This document shows, one piece after another, positions 38,322-47,429 of a DNA stretch of 64,000 nt. A program made the translations under genes and the position numbers. Position 1 is the first letter of the stretch. Each line of letters opens with the position of its first letter. Under the pieces are notes generated by a model. That model was given only the letters and a program-made list of their open reading frames with translations, had not been told where the DNA came from and did not search any database. Source of the DNA: an uncultured Gemmatimonadaceae bacterium (GTDB lineage Bacteria; Gemmatimonadota; Gemmatimonadetes; Gemmatimonadales; Gemmatimonadaceae). The stretch is from contig CAWFQK010000001.1 in the NCBI GenBank assembly GCA_963817955.1, positions 64,001 through 128,000 of the forward strand. The letters run 5' to 3'.

Positions 38322-39941
38322 TTACGGCACCGTCTTTCCTGAGACCCACCCTTCGCGCACCATGACCTGAGCGGCGCTCGCGTTCGCCACAGGTTCCAGT
38401 GCCCAATTCGCGCCCTCATGGTGCAACTGCAACCCGGCGGGCTGAAGCACCTCTTCATAGTTCATGTCGTCCGTACCACCGACGTATTTATCGAACCATG
38501 CGTGCATGTCCACGCCAGCCGCATCACTCACCGCACGAACCACATCGTCTTCCGTGTAGCCTCGGCCCTGCAGATAGTACGAAGCGTTCGGCGCACCCCA
38601 CGTACGGTCGCGTAGAAGGCGGAACGCGTCATCGAGCGACTTCCGGTTATTCGTGTGACCACGGATGAACAGATCGAGGTAGAGTGCGATCCCGGCTCCC
38701 TTCGTGTAATAGGAAAAGAACGCGTTCCGATTCACGTCGTATCCCGGCGTGGCGCCGTCCCAGAAGGGCGCCTCGAACGAGGCCATGCGCGCCGAGACTT
38801 CCTTGCGTCCGGGCGCAGTGAGATTGGCGCGAATGATGTTGCTGGCGGCCGTATAGATCGCATTGGCGGGAAGGACACCCGACCGCGGCAGCGCCATCTG
38901 TCCGTAGTACTGCGTCCACCCTTCACCCACCCAGAGGCTGGGCTGATACTGCTCACGCGTATAGTCGAACGGGCCGAGCGCGACGGCGCGCACTCGCTTC
39001 ATGTTCCAGACATGGAAGTACTCGTGCGCCGCGGTGCCAAGGCCCGGCAGCACAGTCGCTCCGTCGGACCACTGATTGCGGTCGATGATCTGAGTCGAAT
39101 ACAAGTGTTCCATCCCGTCCCCGCCGGCGTATCCGATATTGAACAGAAACGTGTACATCTCGAGCGGTGGCGGGTCGAAGACGGAGTTCTCGTACCGGAC
39201 GATCTTCCCGAGGTCGGTGAGGAATCTGCGACGGAGCAAGGTGCTGGTCGCCCCATTGTGGTGCACCATCGCGCGGTAGATCCGATTGTCGATGCGCAGC
39301 GTGTCGAGCATGATGTTCGCCGCGACCTCGGTCGGAGTGTCCACCAATCGATCGTAATTTTCGAAATTGTAATCCGCCTCGTTCGCCGCGCGCGAGTCGC
39401 CATTGACGATCTGCCAGGCGTTCGGGACAGCGATGTGGAGACGCACCGGGTCCGGCTTATGATCGACGACGTACATGAACAGCGACGCGCCGTTCCAGTT
39501 CGCGTGCGCCGTATCGAGCACACTGAACGTGCCGGAGAGCGTATTGGCGTATACGCGATAGCGAACGCTCACCGTACTCGCACCGTCGGGGTAGATCCGC
39601 CAGAGCGACCCGTTTTCGCGGTCCCATCGAATAGTCTTCGGTCCACTCGTGACGGCAAAGTCCGTCACGTTGCGCGCGAAGAAGAATGGCGCATAGCGGC
39701 CGGGCGACCACACGGGCATCTGCAACTGCACCACGTCGGTACCGATCTTCGCGATGTCGATCTGCACGTCATAGAGGTGCGAGGCCGGGTCCGTCCAACC
39801 CACACGATATGCAATCTGGAATGGATTGGTCGAGGCCGTCTGCGACGGAGATTGCGACGTACCCGGAACCATCGAAGCGCCCCGGCACGCCATGAGCGCC
39901 ACGGCGAAGACCAGTGAGAACCGCGTCGTGCGTTTGGACAC
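38322..39941 (-). CDS. M61 family (glycyl aminopeptidase-like) metallopeptidase lipoprotein
   Basis: Lipobox LMAC, MPVWSPGRY, L.D.P.E, GMEH, HEYFHVWN.KR, W..EG.T.YY, SYYTKG. No recognisable PDZ domain. Confidence 0.9.
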   Translation of the reverse strand: MSKRTTRFSLVFAVALMACRGASMVPGTSQSPSQTASTNPFQIAYRVGWTDPASHLYDVQIDIAKIGTDVVQLQMPVWSPGRYAPFFFARNVTDFAVTSGPKTIRWDRENGSLWRIYPDGASTVSVRYRVYANTLSGTFSVLDTAHANWNGASLFMYVVDHKPDPVRLHIAVPNAWQIVNGDSRAANEADYNFENYDRLVDTPTEVAANIMLDTLRIDNRIYRAMVHHNGATSTLLRRRFLTDLGKIVRYENSVFDPPPLEMYTFLFNIGYAGGDGMEHLYSTQIIDRNQWSDGATVLPGLGTAAHEYFHVWNMKRVRAVALGPFDYTREQYQPSLWVGEGWTQYYGQMALPRSGVLPANAIYTAASNIIRANLTAPGRKEVSARMASFEAPFWDGATPGYDVNRNAFFSYYTKGAGIALYLDLFIRGHTNNRKSLDDAFRLLRDRTWGAPNASYYLQGRGYTEDDVVRAVSDAAGVDMHAWFDKYVGGTDDMNYEEVLQPAGLQLHHEGANWALEPVANASAAQVMVREGWVSGKTVP

Positions 39942-40021
39942 CAGCTCCTCCTCTCGAGAGTGCAGCCGTGAAGTGTGGCCGGTTCAGGGCCCACGGTCCA
40001 GTGTCGTCTGCACAAAGCACC

Positions 40022-40036
40022 CGGCATGCCCTTTGC
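40022..40036 (+). promoter_or_regulatory. Candidate sigma-54 promoter for the LigD phosphoesterase gene
   Basis: CGGCATGCCCTTTGC is a close match to TGGCAC-N5-TTGC, ending 16 nt before ATG 40053. Confidence 0.55.
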
Positions 40037-40052
40037 CACTTGGCTCGTTCCA

Positions 40053-40763
40053 ATGCCGACACGAAAACGCGCCGCCCGGTCCACGCCACTCGCCGAGTAC
40101 AAGCGCAAGCGCAATTTCACAAGGACCGCCGAGCCGGCAGGGAAAACGGTCTCGACGACGGCAAAGCGCGCGCTGCACTTCGCGGTCCAGAAGCACGCGG
40201 CGAGACAACTGCACTTCGATCTCCGTCTCCAGATGGACGGCGTGATGAAGAGTTGGGCCGTGCCGAAAGGCCCGAGCTACGATCCGGCCACGCGTCGCCT
40301 GGCAATGGAGGTGGAGGATCACCCCATTGAATACAACACCTTTGAGGGCACGATACCGGAAGGGCAGTACGGTGGCGGCACGGTCATGCTATGGGATCGC
40401 GGCACCTACGAGCCGGAGGACGGCGGCGGCGAAGCAGCGCTTCGCGAAGGATATGAGCACGGCAATCTGAAGGTCGTACTGCACGGCAAGCGTCTGAAAG
40501 GCACATGGGTGCTCGTGCGCATGCGACGAGACCAGGCGGGTCGCGCGCCGTGGCTCCTGATCAAACATCGCGACGACACGGCAGATCCAGACTTCGACGT
40601 CACGGGCGAGATCGAAACGTCAGTCGTCAGCGGCCGCACGATGGAACAAATCGCATCGGGCGGAGGGCATGCGACGAAGAAGCACGCCGCGAAAAACGCG
40701 AAGAGCACGGTGCGCAAAGCCGCAAGAGAAAAGGCCGCAACGACTACTCGCCAAAGACGCTGA
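40053..40763 (+). CDS. Stand-alone LigD 3'-phosphoesterase domain protein with Lys/Ala-rich tail
   Basis: L.EYKRKRNF..T.EP, FAVQKHAARQLHFDLRL, SWAVPKGPS, RLA.EVEDHP..Y..FEG.IP.GQYGGG.V..WD.G, WLLIK. Confidence 0.93.
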   Translation: MPTRKRAARSTPLAEYKRKRNFTRTAEPAGKTVSTTAKRALHFAVQKHAARQLHFDLRLQMDGVMKSWAVPKGPSYDPATRRLAMEVEDHPIEYNTFEGTIPEGQYGGGTVMLWDRGTYEPEDGGGEAALREGYEHGNLKVVLHGKRLKGTWVLVRMRRDQAGRAPWLLIKHRDDTADPDFDVTGEIETSVVSGRTMEQIASGGGHATKKHAAKNAKSTVRKAAREKAATTTRQRR

Positions 40764-40809
40764 TCCTGGCTACGTCCCCCGGTGAGGAATGATCCGGAAA
40801 ACAGCGAGG

Positions 40810-41775
40810 CTACACAGAGGTTACCGGGTGGTGCCTCGTGTTCGTCTGACGCTTCACGACCCGTACCTGCAGTAACCCCTGGTCGGCGCGATCGATCAAT
40901 CGTTGCAGGGTTTCGGCGTGCTCCCGCGCACTCCAGCCTAGAGAGAATGGAACTGGTGCGTGTTCGAGGGCTTCGGCGCGCAGGCGATCGGCCACGCGCT
41001 TCGTCTCGGCTTCTTCGGAATCGCGCAGCAGTACCACGAACTCGTCGCCGCCAATACGCAGCACGGCTTCCTCAGCGCGCACATAGCGCATGAGAAAACG
41101 CACCATGCGCGTGAGCACGTCGTCCCCTTGCTGATGGCCGTACCGGTCGTTGTACAGTTTGAAATTATCGATGTCGACGAAAATGCAGCCAAGTTTGAGG
41201 TCAGGCTGCTGCGCGAGTTGCGCTTCGGTCTGCATCAGGTACCGCCGGTTGAACGCACCGGTAAGCGCGTCGCGCGTGCTCATCTCGAGGAGCGCCGCCT
41301 CGAGCATCTTGCGGGAGGAGATGTCGACCAGGATTCCGTGTATGAACGCCTCCCCGGTGTCCGGATCGCGGATGAGGTAGCACGTATCGAGCACGGTAGA
41401 CGCCTGACCATCCGGCCGTCGCAGCGCAATCTCGAACTCACGAACCGAGCCGTCGCGATCGAGGAGCGCCATCTGCTCCACCCGCCTCGCGGGGTCTACG
41501 AAGAGACCGGATGCGCCAAAGGTCCCGAGTTCTTCGATCGATTGCACGCCGAACATCGCCAGGAAGGCCGGGTTGGCATCGAGAATTTGCCCGTCGCGAC
41601 TCGTGATGTAGATCCCCTCGCGAAGGTTGCGCGCGAACTCGCGCAGGCTCTCGGGGTCGCCGAGGCTGCGGAAACGCGTGGAAGAGGAGACCCGGGCTCC
41701 GGGGGCATCAGGAGTCAAGTGGTCTGGAGAAACCGTCTTCGGCTTCTCTGCGGTACTGAGTGTTGCGCGGTTCAT
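40810..41775 (-). CDS. Cytoplasmic PAS-GGDEF diguanylate cyclase
   Basis: PAS (G.ILDANPAF..MFG), DALTGAFNRR, DIDNFK.YND.YGH..GD, GGDEF. The I-site position reads RAEE rather than RxxD. Confidence 0.93.
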   Translation of the reverse strand: MNRATLSTAEKPKTVSPDHLTPDAPGARVSSSTRFRSLGDPESLREFARNLREGIYITSRDGQILDANPAFLAMFGVQSIEELGTFGASGLFVDPARRVEQMALLDRDGSVREFEIALRRPDGQASTVLDTCYLIRDPDTGEAFIHGILVDISSRKMLEAALLEMSTRDALTGAFNRRYLMQTEAQLAQQPDLKLGCIFVDIDNFKLYNDRYGHQQGDDVLTRMVRFLMRYVRAEEAVLRIGGDEFVVLLRDSEEAETKRVADRLRAEALEHAPVPFSLGWSAREHAETLQRLIDRADQGLLQVRVVKRQTNTRHHPVTSV

Positions 41776-41939
41776 ATCAGTAGTATCGGCAGGGCTGGTG
41801 TCAGGCTAATCCGGGGTCCCTGTACTGGATTCTGATGCCGGTGCTCCGCGGTTGGCGGACGAAACGCTTGTGACCGTGGAAGAACCAACACTTCAGGGAC
41901 GATTCGGTTTCACGAGCGTATCGGAGACCACCCAACTAC

Positions 41940-43190
41940 TCACCCTTCGATCAACCGAGCCGGCAGTATTCCCTTGTCTCCGAACCGCGCCCGCACCTGG
42001 TCGACTGTCCGCGCCAGTACCCGATCGCGGTCCGTTTCGGTCAGCAAGGTGTCCTGGCGTTCGAAGAGTGTGAGTTGATCAGCACTGAGGTCGAGCGCGA
42101 GTGAGGAGAGGCCGACGCCCAGGAGGCGGGCGGGTACTCGGCGAGCAGCGCGCAGCTTGGCCAGAAGTCCGTGCGCCACTCCGAGAATGACGCGGTCGGA
42201 GATTACGGGAACGTCGAGCGTACGGCTCGCTCGACGCGTCCTGAAATCGTGATCGCGGATGCGGACGGTAATCGTGCGTGCCGTGAGGCCGTCGGTACGC
42301 AAATCCATTGCGGCACGGGTGACCAGAGCAAGCAGTTCGCGTTGCAGCGCATCATCGTCATTGATATCGGCTGGGAACGTGTCGTCGCGGCTGATGCTCT
42401 TTGCATCTGCGTGCGCCTCCACTTCGCTGTCGTCGAGGCCACGCACGCGGCGATGCAGCCACTCGGATTCCCGCTCGCCCAGCCACCTGGCCAACGTCTC
42501 CACGTCGTACTGCAGCACGTCGGGCACTCGACGCATGCCGAGCTTCGCGAGTCGCTCCTGGAACCGAGGTCCGATGAGCGGTATGTCGGCGAGCTCGAAC
42601 GTTTCCAAGAAATGCCCCTCGTCACCGGGCTCGACGATATAGACGCCGGACGCGCCGATGCCAGGCTTCGGCTTCGCTCGCTCGACGGCGAGCTTGGCGA
42701 CGAGCTTGGAGGTTCCGCCGCCGATCGACACCGACAGCCCCGTCGCATCGACCACGCTGTCGCGAATACGGTGTGCCGTTGCGTCCAGCGACTCGTTCCG
42801 GTAGAGCCGCTCGGTGCCAGCGAGGTCGAGATACCATTCATCAACGCTGGCAGCCTCGACCCCCGGGGAGTACCGCTCGAGTACGTCGCGAATCTCTCGG
42901 CTTTTTTCGCCGCAGGCGCGCCGTGGCACCGGTACGCACATCGCTTGGGGGCAGAGACGGAGCGCCTGGGCGATCGGCATGGCCGATCGCACACCGAACT
43001 GGCGCGCCTCGTACGACGCCGAGCACACGACGCCACGACTCTCGCGTGTGCCTCCCACGATGAGCAATGGCTCCTTCCCCGCACCATCCGGGTCCACCAA
43101 CCGCGCAACCGCGACGAAGAACGCGTCGGCGTCGGCAAGGAGAATGCGCCGCGCGATCATCGGACGTGCAGGCGTAGCGTGCGATCGCAT
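41940..43190 (-). CDS. dinB: DNA polymerase IV (Y family)
   Basis: DADAFF, SYEARQFGVRSAMP, SVDE, VAKLA...AKP, KSISR..TF little finger, RLLGV. Confidence 0.93.
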   Translation of the reverse strand: MRSHATPARPMIARRILLADADAFFVAVARLVDPDGAGKEPLLIVGGTRESRGVVCSASYEARQFGVRSAMPIAQALRLCPQAMCVPVPRRACGEKSREIRDVLERYSPGVEAASVDEWYLDLAGTERLYRNESLDATAHRIRDSVVDATGLSVSIGGGTSKLVAKLAVERAKPKPGIGASGVYIVEPGDEGHFLETFELADIPLIGPRFQERLAKLGMRRVPDVLQYDVETLARWLGERESEWLHRRVRGLDDSEVEAHADAKSISRDDTFPADINDDDALQRELLALVTRAAMDLRTDGLTARTITVRIRDHDFRTRRASRTLDVPVISDRVILGVAHGLLAKLRAARRVPARLLGVGLSSLALDLSADQLTLFERQDTLLTETDRDRVLARTVDQVRARFGDKGILPARLIEG

Positions 43191-43284
43191 GGGCTGCAAT
43201 GTCGCGTACGCCGCAGGGAGGAGCAACCGGCGCCGCGCCCCCTGTTCCCCACGTGTGGTCAGCGAGTTGTATATTGCCCTTTAC

Positions 43285-44061
43285 ATGAGCCCTGTACGAA
43301 AGACTACCAAGCGACCTGCCGAGTCGTCCGGCGCGACCAAGGGCGACCTGTCCATGGGAAGTGCGGCTGACGCACCGCATGGCTCCCGCCCAGATCAGGT
43401 CTACGCGCGTCTACGCGACCTGATCGTGCAGGGTCTGCTCTCGCCAGGCAGTCGCATTGTCGAGACCGAGATCGCAACACGCCTGGGTGTGAGCCGCACA
43501 CCCGTGCGCGAAGCGTTGCAGCGTCTCCAACAGGAAGGGTACGTGATGGGCTCGCCGGGCGCACAGCAGTCGCGCCTCACGGTGGCGCCGCTCACGCGCG
43601 ACGACGTGTACGAATTGTTGAACATCGTCGGTGCTCTGGAGGGCATGGGCGCCCGCTACGCCGCGCTCCTGCCGGCGGCCGACCGTCGTGATCTCGTCCG
43701 CGACCTCAAGTCGCTGAACGGGGAATTCCACCGGGCAGGCAAGACGATGCCCATCGACCACGGTTGTCTCTACGACGTCGACCAACGTTTCCACCGCGCC
43801 ATCGTGGAAGCGAGCGCCGGTCCCCGCCTGCTCGCGCTGCACGACGCGGTGCATCCGCAGGCCGAGCGTTACATCCGGATGTACATCAGCATGCTGACGA
43901 CCGACATCCGCACGTCGGTGTACGAGCATGACATCATCATTTCGGCGATCGACGAAGGACGGGCTGACGACGCGGAGCTCGCCGTCCAGGTGAACTGGCG
44001 GCACGCTGCAGACCGGCTGAGCAAGGTCATCGCGGTTGCCGGCGAGCGGGGCTCATGGTGA
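43285..44061 (+). CDS. GntR/FCD family transcriptional regulator
   Basis: VY..LR..IV.G.L.PG, LGVSRTPVREAL..L..EG, FH.AI..ASA, EH..II.AI. Confidence 0.93.
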   Translation: MSPVRKTTKRPAESSGATKGDLSMGSAADAPHGSRPDQVYARLRDLIVQGLLSPGSRIVETEIATRLGVSRTPVREALQRLQQEGYVMGSPGAQQSRLTVAPLTRDDVYELLNIVGALEGMGARYAALLPAADRRDLVRDLKSLNGEFHRAGKTMPIDHGCLYDVDQRFHRAIVEASAGPRLLALHDAVHPQAERYIRMYISMLTTDIRTSVYEHDIIISAIDEGRADDAELAVQVNWRHAADRLSKVIAVAGERGSW

Positions 44062-45027
44062 GCCGAGTGCTCCCAACGCCCGTTTCGCGTCCTCGTTCCT
44101 TCCGTTGATCGCAACTGCCGTCTGATACTCAGCGCGTGCAGCGTCCTTCTTCGCTTGGCGTTCGTAGACCAGGCCGAGAATGTAGTGCGCAAGGCTGAGC
44201 GAACTCGCCGGCGCATCCTTCGGGGGCGCGACGAGCCATTGCTTCACCTCGCGTTCGGCTCGATCGACGTGTTGACCTGAGAGCGCGAGATTCCATCCGA
44301 TGTTGAGATGCGCGCTCGCGGCATCGGGGTTCGCCTTCAGGAGACGCTCGTAAATGGTCACCGCGTCAGCGTAACGCTTCTGGCGACGATAGAAGGCGCC
44401 AAGGTTGTTGTAGGCGACTGCGCTATCGGGTGCGGCAGCCAGCGCTGCGTTGAGCTCGCGATCCGCCAATAGGCTATCCTGTTCCCGTTCGGCGAGCGCC
44501 GCGAACTCGAGATGTCCGCGCATGGCATTGAGTTTCGCGATCTCACGTGCCTGCTCCTTCGCCTTGTCCATGCTGCCGCCCATGACGCCGGGCGCGTGCG
44601 AATAGAACTGGATGAGACCATGCCGCGCATCGATCGACGTCGGGTCGAGTGCCACGGCGCTATCAAACTCGGACTTCACGCGCCGGGCGAGAAACGGAAG
44701 TTTCAACTTGTTTATGTGTTGCGCCTGCTCGCCCAAGGCATTCCCGAGCCAGAGGTGGTGCAACGACACTGTATCGTTGGCCTTCACTGATTTCTCGAAC
44801 CAGTCGGCCGCCGAAACGGGGTCGTTCATCGCCATGTAGATCCAGCCCATGCAGTGCAGCGCCGCATCGTCGGATGGACTCTTCTTCAGCACCGCCTGTA
44901 CTTCGGCGCGCGCTCGATCGAATTTCAGATCGGCAGTCAGTCGCTGGACGTCCGCGGAGCATTGCGCGCCGCTGCGCGATAACGGGCTGGCGCAGAGCGC
45001 CGCGGCGGCGAGAATTGGAATGCGCAT
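44053..45027 (-). CDS. Secreted tetratricopeptide repeat protein
   Basis: Signal peptide, several TPR-like motifs (AYNNLGAFY, AHLNIG, AHYILG..Y), APGVMGGS.DKA motif. Confidence 0.85.
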   Translation of the reverse strand: MRIPILAAAALCASPLSRSGAQCSADVQRLTADLKFDRARAEVQAVLKKSPSDDAALHCMGWIYMAMNDPVSAADWFEKSVKANDTVSLHHLWLGNALGEQAQHINKLKLPFLARRVKSEFDSAVALDPTSIDARHGLIQFYSHAPGVMGGSMDKAKEQAREIAKLNAMRGHLEFAALAEREQDSLLADRELNAALAAAPDSAVAYNNLGAFYRRQKRYADAVTIYERLLKANPDAASAHLNIGWNLALSGQHVDRAEREVKQWLVAPPKDAPASSLSLAHYILGLVYERQAKKDAARAEYQTAVAINGRNEDAKRALGALGSP

Positions 45028-45112
45028 GCGGGCTCTTGCGTTGACGAGTGAGAGAGCGTGAGCCTTTCACTCGTAGGACCCCGCGGGCGACCGAAAGATT
45101 CAGCACCTCCCA

Positions 45113-46090
45113 TCACGCTTCGAGCTCCGCCAGCAGACGCAAATAGCTGTCGTAACGCTGCTCGCTGATCGCTCCACTCCGTAGGGCATCGCGAACGCCA
45201 CAGCCCGGCTCCGATATGTGACGGCAGTCGGCGAAGCGGCACTGGTCGCGCGCCGCCCGGATTTCCGGAAAGCAGCGATCGAGCGTGTCCGCTGGAAGCG
45301 ACCACAGACCTATCTCGCGCAATCCAGGGGTATCAATGACATACCCGCCCTCCAGGCCGGGCAGCGGCAGCATCAGTGCACCCACGGTCGTGTGTCGTCC
45401 CTTGTTCACCGACTCACTGATCGCGCCGACTCGCAGATTGGAGCCGGGGAACAGGGTGTTGAGCAACGATGATTTGCCGACGCCCGATGGACCAGTGAGC
45501 ACCGATCGGCGGCCGCCGAGCATCGCACGCGTTTCTTCGAGGCCGACGCCTGTTTTCGCGCTGGTGTAGTGGACCTGATAGCCGATCTGCTCGTAGATCG
45601 CAAAGCGCTCCCGCGCGACTGCCACGCCGACCAGGTCCACCTTGTTGATGATGATGCGTGCAGCAAGCTGGTTCCCTTCGGCGATCACGAGGAACCGGTC
45701 GAGCATCCGCGGATGCGGCTCGGGTTTGGCGATGGCGAACACGACGACCACCTGATCGACGTTCGCGGCAACGATGCGTTCCCCCTGTCCGCCACCCGGG
45801 GCGCGGCGTGCCAGGCGCGAGCGGCGCGGGAGGATCTCGGCAATCGCCCACGCGTCGCCGCGCTCGCCCTGCTCGACGCGCACGTCGTCGCCCACCGCGA
45901 GCTTGAGCGTTCCGGCGGCGGCGAGCACGGTGTCGCGCCGCAGCGTGCCATCGGCCCGCTTGCCGCTGTTCGACTTCTTGAGGCGACCGCGGAGGGAGGC
46001 ATCGACCGTTTCCCCGCTGTCGATGCGCACCTGCCATACGCCGCCAGTGCCGCTGACGACGACGCCGTGTTCGAACTCCGATTCGCTCAC
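45113..46090 (-). CDS. rsgA: Ribosome small subunit-dependent GTPase A
   Basis: OB fold, AANVD, NKVDL, SAK, GPSGVGKSS, GRHTT, DTPG, Zn finger CRFADCRH..EPGC. Confidence 0.96.
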   Translation of the reverse strand: MSESEFEHGVVVSGTGGVWQVRIDSGETVDASLRGRLKKSNSGKRADGTLRRDTVLAAAGTLKLAVGDDVRVEQGERGDAWAIAEILPRRSRLARRAPGGGQGERIVAANVDQVVVVFAIAKPEPHPRMLDRFLVIAEGNQLAARIIINKVDLVGVAVARERFAIYEQIGYQVHYTSAKTGVGLEETRAMLGGRRSVLTGPSGVGKSSLLNTLFPGSNLRVGAISESVNKGRHTTVGALMLPLPGLEGGYVIDTPGLREIGLWSLPADTLDRCFPEIRAARDQCRFADCRHISEPGCGVRDALRSGAISEQRYDSYLRLLAELEA

Positions 46091-46491
46091 ACGTCTCCGC
46101 CTTCGTCGCGCATGGCATCCCACCAGCGCCGCCGCGGAGCGGCGTTCTCACGGTCCGCGATGAGGCGATCGAGAAGTGCTTTCACCGCGTTGAGTGGCGT
46201 AGCGCCGATCACCCGGCGCACCTCATCTTCGGCGCTGGCGTGCACGAGATATTCGCTTTCGAGATGTCCCTCAGGACTCTGTGCCCCGAGGCGAGACCAC
46301 TTCACAAAAAGGAAGAATGCCGCCCACGGTGCCTCGGCATCGCCCGTCTCCTCCGTCATGATCTCGACACTATAGGAGAAGCCGTCGCTGCCTTCGAACG
46401 CTGCCGGCCGATCGTGGACGGCAGCGTACCCGCCAATAGTGTCCGGATCGCCCTTCGACGAGTCCGGTGGGCGGTACTGCGCGTGCGACAT
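46087..46491 (-). CDS. Hypothetical protein coupled to rsgA
   Basis: 134 aa (TIGGY.AVH.RP.AFEGSDG..YS; GHLES). Overlaps both neighbours' start/stop codons. Confidence 0.75.
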   Translation of the reverse strand: MSHAQYRPPDSSKGDPDTIGGYAAVHDRPAAFEGSDGFSYSVEIMTEETGDAEAPWAAFFLFVKWSRLGAQSPEGHLESEYLVHASAEDEVRRVIGATPLNAVKALLDRLIADRENAAPRRRWWDAMRDEGGDV

Positions 46492-47429
46492 CAGGACTTT
46501 CGGCCTCTGATCATCTCGCGAACGACGTTGCCGGTGATGAAGGCGACATTCGCCGGACGCTCGGCGAGGCGGCGCATGAGATACGGATACCATTGCGTAC
46601 CGAACGGCACGTACACCCGCATGCGGTAGCCTTCCCGCACGAGCTGGTCCTGCAGATCACGGCGCACGCCATACAACATCTGGAACTCGAAGCGTGACCG
46701 ATCGATACCCGTTTCCGCCACGAAACGCTTAGCGTCGTCGATGATCGCCGGGTCATGCGTGGCGATGCCAGGATAGTTCGATTTCTCGATGAGGGCCCGC
46801 ATGCACTTAATGTAGTTCGCGTCCACCTCCGACTTCTCGGGATACGCGACCGAGGCCGGTTCCTTGTACGCACCCTTGCAGAGACGCACGCGACACTTGG
46901 CCTGGATCGCCTGCTCGACGTCCGACCACGTGCGGTAGAGATAGCTCTGCAGCACGATGCCGACGTGATCCTTGTATGCCGGATACAGGCGATCGTAGAA
47001 CAGCCGCAATGTGTTCTCGGTATACGCGCTCGACTCCATGTCCAAGCGTACGAACGTGTTGTACGTCTGAGCGCGTCCGAGCACCTCGTGCATGATCGAC
47101 ACGCATAACTCCTCGGAAATATCCATGCCCATTGCCGTGAGCTTGACCGAGACGTTGGCGTCGAGCTTCTGCTGGTCGATGCGATCGAGGATGTTCAGGT
47201 ACGCGCGCTCGGCGGCGTGCGCTTCGCGTTCGTTCGTCACGCTCTCGCCGAGCAGGTCGAGGGATGCGGTAATGCCCTTGCCGTTCAGGTCCTTCACCGC
47301 AGCAAGCGCGTCGTCGAGCATCTCACCGGCCACAAAACGCCGGGCGAACTTCTTGGCGAACCGATTGTTCCGCACGAAGCGAAAGACCTGCGGCTGGTTC
47401 GAGAGATAGAGCAAAGTTGAGCGGAGCAT
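46491..47429 (-). CDS. Monofunctional proline dehydrogenase
   Basis: RFVAGE, DLLGE, SVKLT, RLDME, QSYLYR, RLCKGAY, ATHD, EFQMLYG, YVPFG..WYPY..RRLAERPAN. Confidence 0.96.
   Translation of the reverse strand: MLRSTLLYLSNQPQVFRFVRNNRFAKKFARRFVAGEMLDDALAAVKDLNGKGITASLDLLGESVTNEREAHAAERAYLNILDRIDQQKLDANVSVKLTAMGMDISEELCVSIMHEVLGRAQTYNTFVRLDMESSAYTENTLRLFYDRLYPAYKDHVGIVLQSYLYRTWSDVEQAIQAKCRVRLCKGAYKEPASVAYPEKSEVDANYIKCMRALIEKSNYPGIATHDPAIIDDAKRFVAETGIDRSRFEFQMLYGVRRDLQDQLVREGYRMRVYVPFGTQWYPYLMRRLAERPANVAFITGNVVREMIRGRKS

Noticed and set aside
41776..41939. c-di-GMP riboswitch upstream of the PAS-GGDEF gene
   Set aside because: No GEMM-like tetraloop/receptor pattern was found, and a -10-like hexamer 6 nt before the ATG suggests a leaderless mRNA.
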